17,225 nucleotides of DNA, from NCBI GenBank assembly GCA_038883795.1, contig JAVZLK010000034.1:1-17225 (forward strand), in the 5' to 3' direction. How positions within the stretch are numbered: the first letter of the stretch is position 1; each line of letters opens with the position of its first letter. This DNA comes from Candidatus Bathyarchaeia archaeon (GTDB lineage: Archaea > Thermoproteota > Bathyarchaeia > Bathyarchaeales > Bathycorpusculaceae). A model generated the notes under the pieces. The model was given only the letters and a program-made list of their open reading frames with translations. It ran no database searches and was not told the origin of the DNA. This document shows, piece by piece, positions 15,853-17,225 of the stretch. The translations under genes and the position numbers were made by a program.

Positions 15853-15880
15853 GTTTCTATTAATCGACGCTAACGGAAAT
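15853..15880 (+). repeat. 28-bp 11-6-11 quasi-palindromic site C (Xer/dif-like site or operator)
   Basis: GTTTCTATTAA-TCGACG-CTAACGGAAAT; same orientation as site B, spacer matches B at 4 of 6 positions. Confidence 0.8.
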
Positions 15881-15923
15881 TATTATAGGCAATTACTGTT
15901 AATGTTTTTATAGTTATTTTTGG

Positions 15924-15937
15924 GCAAAATTTTTAAG
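15924..15937 (+). promoter_or_regulatory. BRE/TATA promoter, probably leaderless transcript
   Basis: GCAAAA-TTTTTAAG ending ~24 nt before the ATG at 15961; no SD. Confidence 0.55.
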
Positions 15938-15960
15938 GTTTAAAATGCATTTTTTGAAGC

Positions 15961-16536
15961 ATGAGCACGCCTGAGCCTTTTGTTTTATATGTTGGTGAGA
16001 GGTTTGTTGATAAGGCTTCTAAAACTTTTGGTTTAGGCCTTATTGTTAGGAAACCCCTTGTGGATATTTTAAAGAAGATGGATGTAAAGTTTAAAGAGCT
16101 TGACAGGGATGAGGCCAAAGCGGCCCTTGAAAGACTCGGCGAGTCAAAAGGCATAACTGTGTCTACTGCCCAGCTTATTAAAGGCTTGGCGCTTGCATTT
16201 TTTCTTCCAACAGGCATTTTCCTAGCCACATTGAAGAAAGTTTTCTATAGGTCGGGAGCTGAAACCGAAGACAGCATAATACTCGAGTTCCTTGCAGAAA
16301 TACCGAGGGCCTTCAGGCCAACCATATTCTACGACATCTGGCTCGTCGTGCCAAAAACAGAAAAAGGAGAAGCAAACACAAAACAAATAATCAAAACAAT
16401 AGTGGAAAAGACTGGGGTTCCACCACTAACAGAAGAAGAATGGGAAAACGCAAAACCCATAATTGAAAAACTGAAAGGAAAACTGGAAGTAAAGGGCGTA
16501 GCAGAAAACCTATGGACGTTAATACTAACTACTTAA
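15961..16536 (+). CDS. Hypothetical protein
   Basis: 191 aa ORF with promoter at leaderless spacing and protein-like composition; one short hydrophobic stretch (GLALAFFLPTGIFLA); no family recognised. Confidence 0.75.
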   Translation: MSTPEPFVLYVGERFVDKASKTFGLGLIVRKPLVDILKKMDVKFKELDRDEAKAALERLGESKGITVSTAQLIKGLALAFFLPTGIFLATLKKVFYRSGAETEDSIILEFLAEIPRAFRPTIFYDIWLVVPKTEKGEANTKQIIKTIVEKTGVPPLTEEEWENAKPIIEKLKGKLEVKGVAENLWTLILTT

Positions 16537-16550
16537 GTGGGTGGCAAAGG

Positions 16551-17225
16551 ATGCGCTGTAAGTTTGTTAGATTTACGGCGATTTTGACCTTTCTGAGCTT
16601 CATTTTTCTTCCGCTGTGTAAGGCTTCTTTATCTCCGAGGGGTCCAATCCGCATAAGTAGTAATATGGACTTTACCGCTGTTAACGGGGTGACTGGTGGT
16701 TCTGGAACGGCTATCGACCCGTATGTCATTGAGGTTGGGCTATAACCGAAGACTATGGCGTTGATTATGGAATTTGGCTTGAAAATACAGATGCCTATGT
16801 CGTTATTAGGAACTGCTTGATAGTTTCACCATACACCGATATTAGGCTTGAACATGTGGCAAACGTTTTAATTGAAAATGTTACAAGTGAATGGAGGTCA
16901 TCAAGGCTTATACGTGTACGACTCAGCAGATATTGTCATTTCCAACAGCCATATTGACCATATAGTCGGCGACGTTGTTCTGCTCTATTCATCAACCAAC
17001 ATTAAAGTGGAGAATTGCATAATCGGAGAAGGCCAATACTATAGCCTCTACATGCAACACGTAAACAACACCACCATCAAAGATTGCGAGATCTACGGTA
17101 GCCTTTACGGCGTCTACGCTGAATCGTCATCGAGCATTTCCATAAACAACTGCAACATCCACGACAACTCTGGGGACGGCGTGCACTTTTACGTTACCAT
17201 TGACAGCGCAATCCTAAACTGCCTA
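16551..17225 (+). pseudogene. Secreted right-handed beta-helix (NosD-like) protein gene with two frameshifts, truncated by the window edge
   Basis: Signal peptide and GSGT..DPYVIE motif; shifts frame at ~16733 into GWAITEDYGVDYGIWLENTDAYVVIRNC; returns to the original frame at ~16886 (VNGGHQGLYVYDS...INNCNIHDNSGDGV), open to the end. Confidence 0.75.

Noticed and set aside
7340-15880. CRISPR array or IS terminal repeat interpretation of sites A-C
   Set aside because: Copies are kilobases apart with variable centres; no cas or transposase gene and no target-site duplications seen.
15871-15901. Inverted repeat TAACGGAAATT/AATTACTGTTA
   Set aside because: The left arm is the right arm of site C, so it is not independent; at most an extra degenerate half-site.
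16512-16745. 77 aa ORF as a complete small protein starting at 16512
   Set aside because: ATG 16551 gives a proper signal peptide with an upstream GGTGG and no overlap; the ORF is the 5' fragment of a frameshifted larger gene.

Overview
Archaeal genomic window; gene content, BRE/TATA promoters and NosD-type surface proteins suggest Bathyarchaeia (inference). It is built from four modules. (1) 27-7265 (+): a tightly coupled 8-gene operon of DUF169, Fe-S protein, DUF5752, three consecutive radical SAM enzymes (GDGT ring synthase Grs/Gms-like, B12-dependent methylase-like, SPASM), a CooC-type ATPase and a DGC-domain protein. (2) 7482-9437 (+): a secreted NosD/beta-helix protein with two tandem Ig-like repeats. 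(3) 9604-15687 (-): a 5-gene operon of APC permease, metallophosphoesterase, nucleotidyltransferase-like protein, a non-canonical SdhA/FrdA-family flavoprotein and a 2Fe-2S/ATC-hydrolase fusion. (4) 15961-17225 (+): a hypothetical gene and a doubly frameshifted beta-helix gene running off the window. Each of the three long intergenic spacers between modules holds one copy of a 28-bp 11-6-11 quasi-palindrome (core TTCTRTTAA-N6-CTAAYRGAAA). Its architecture resembles Xer/dif-type recombination sites and suggests a cassette-like system; a transcription-factor operator is the alternative. Family assignments come from motif recognition only, with no database searches.
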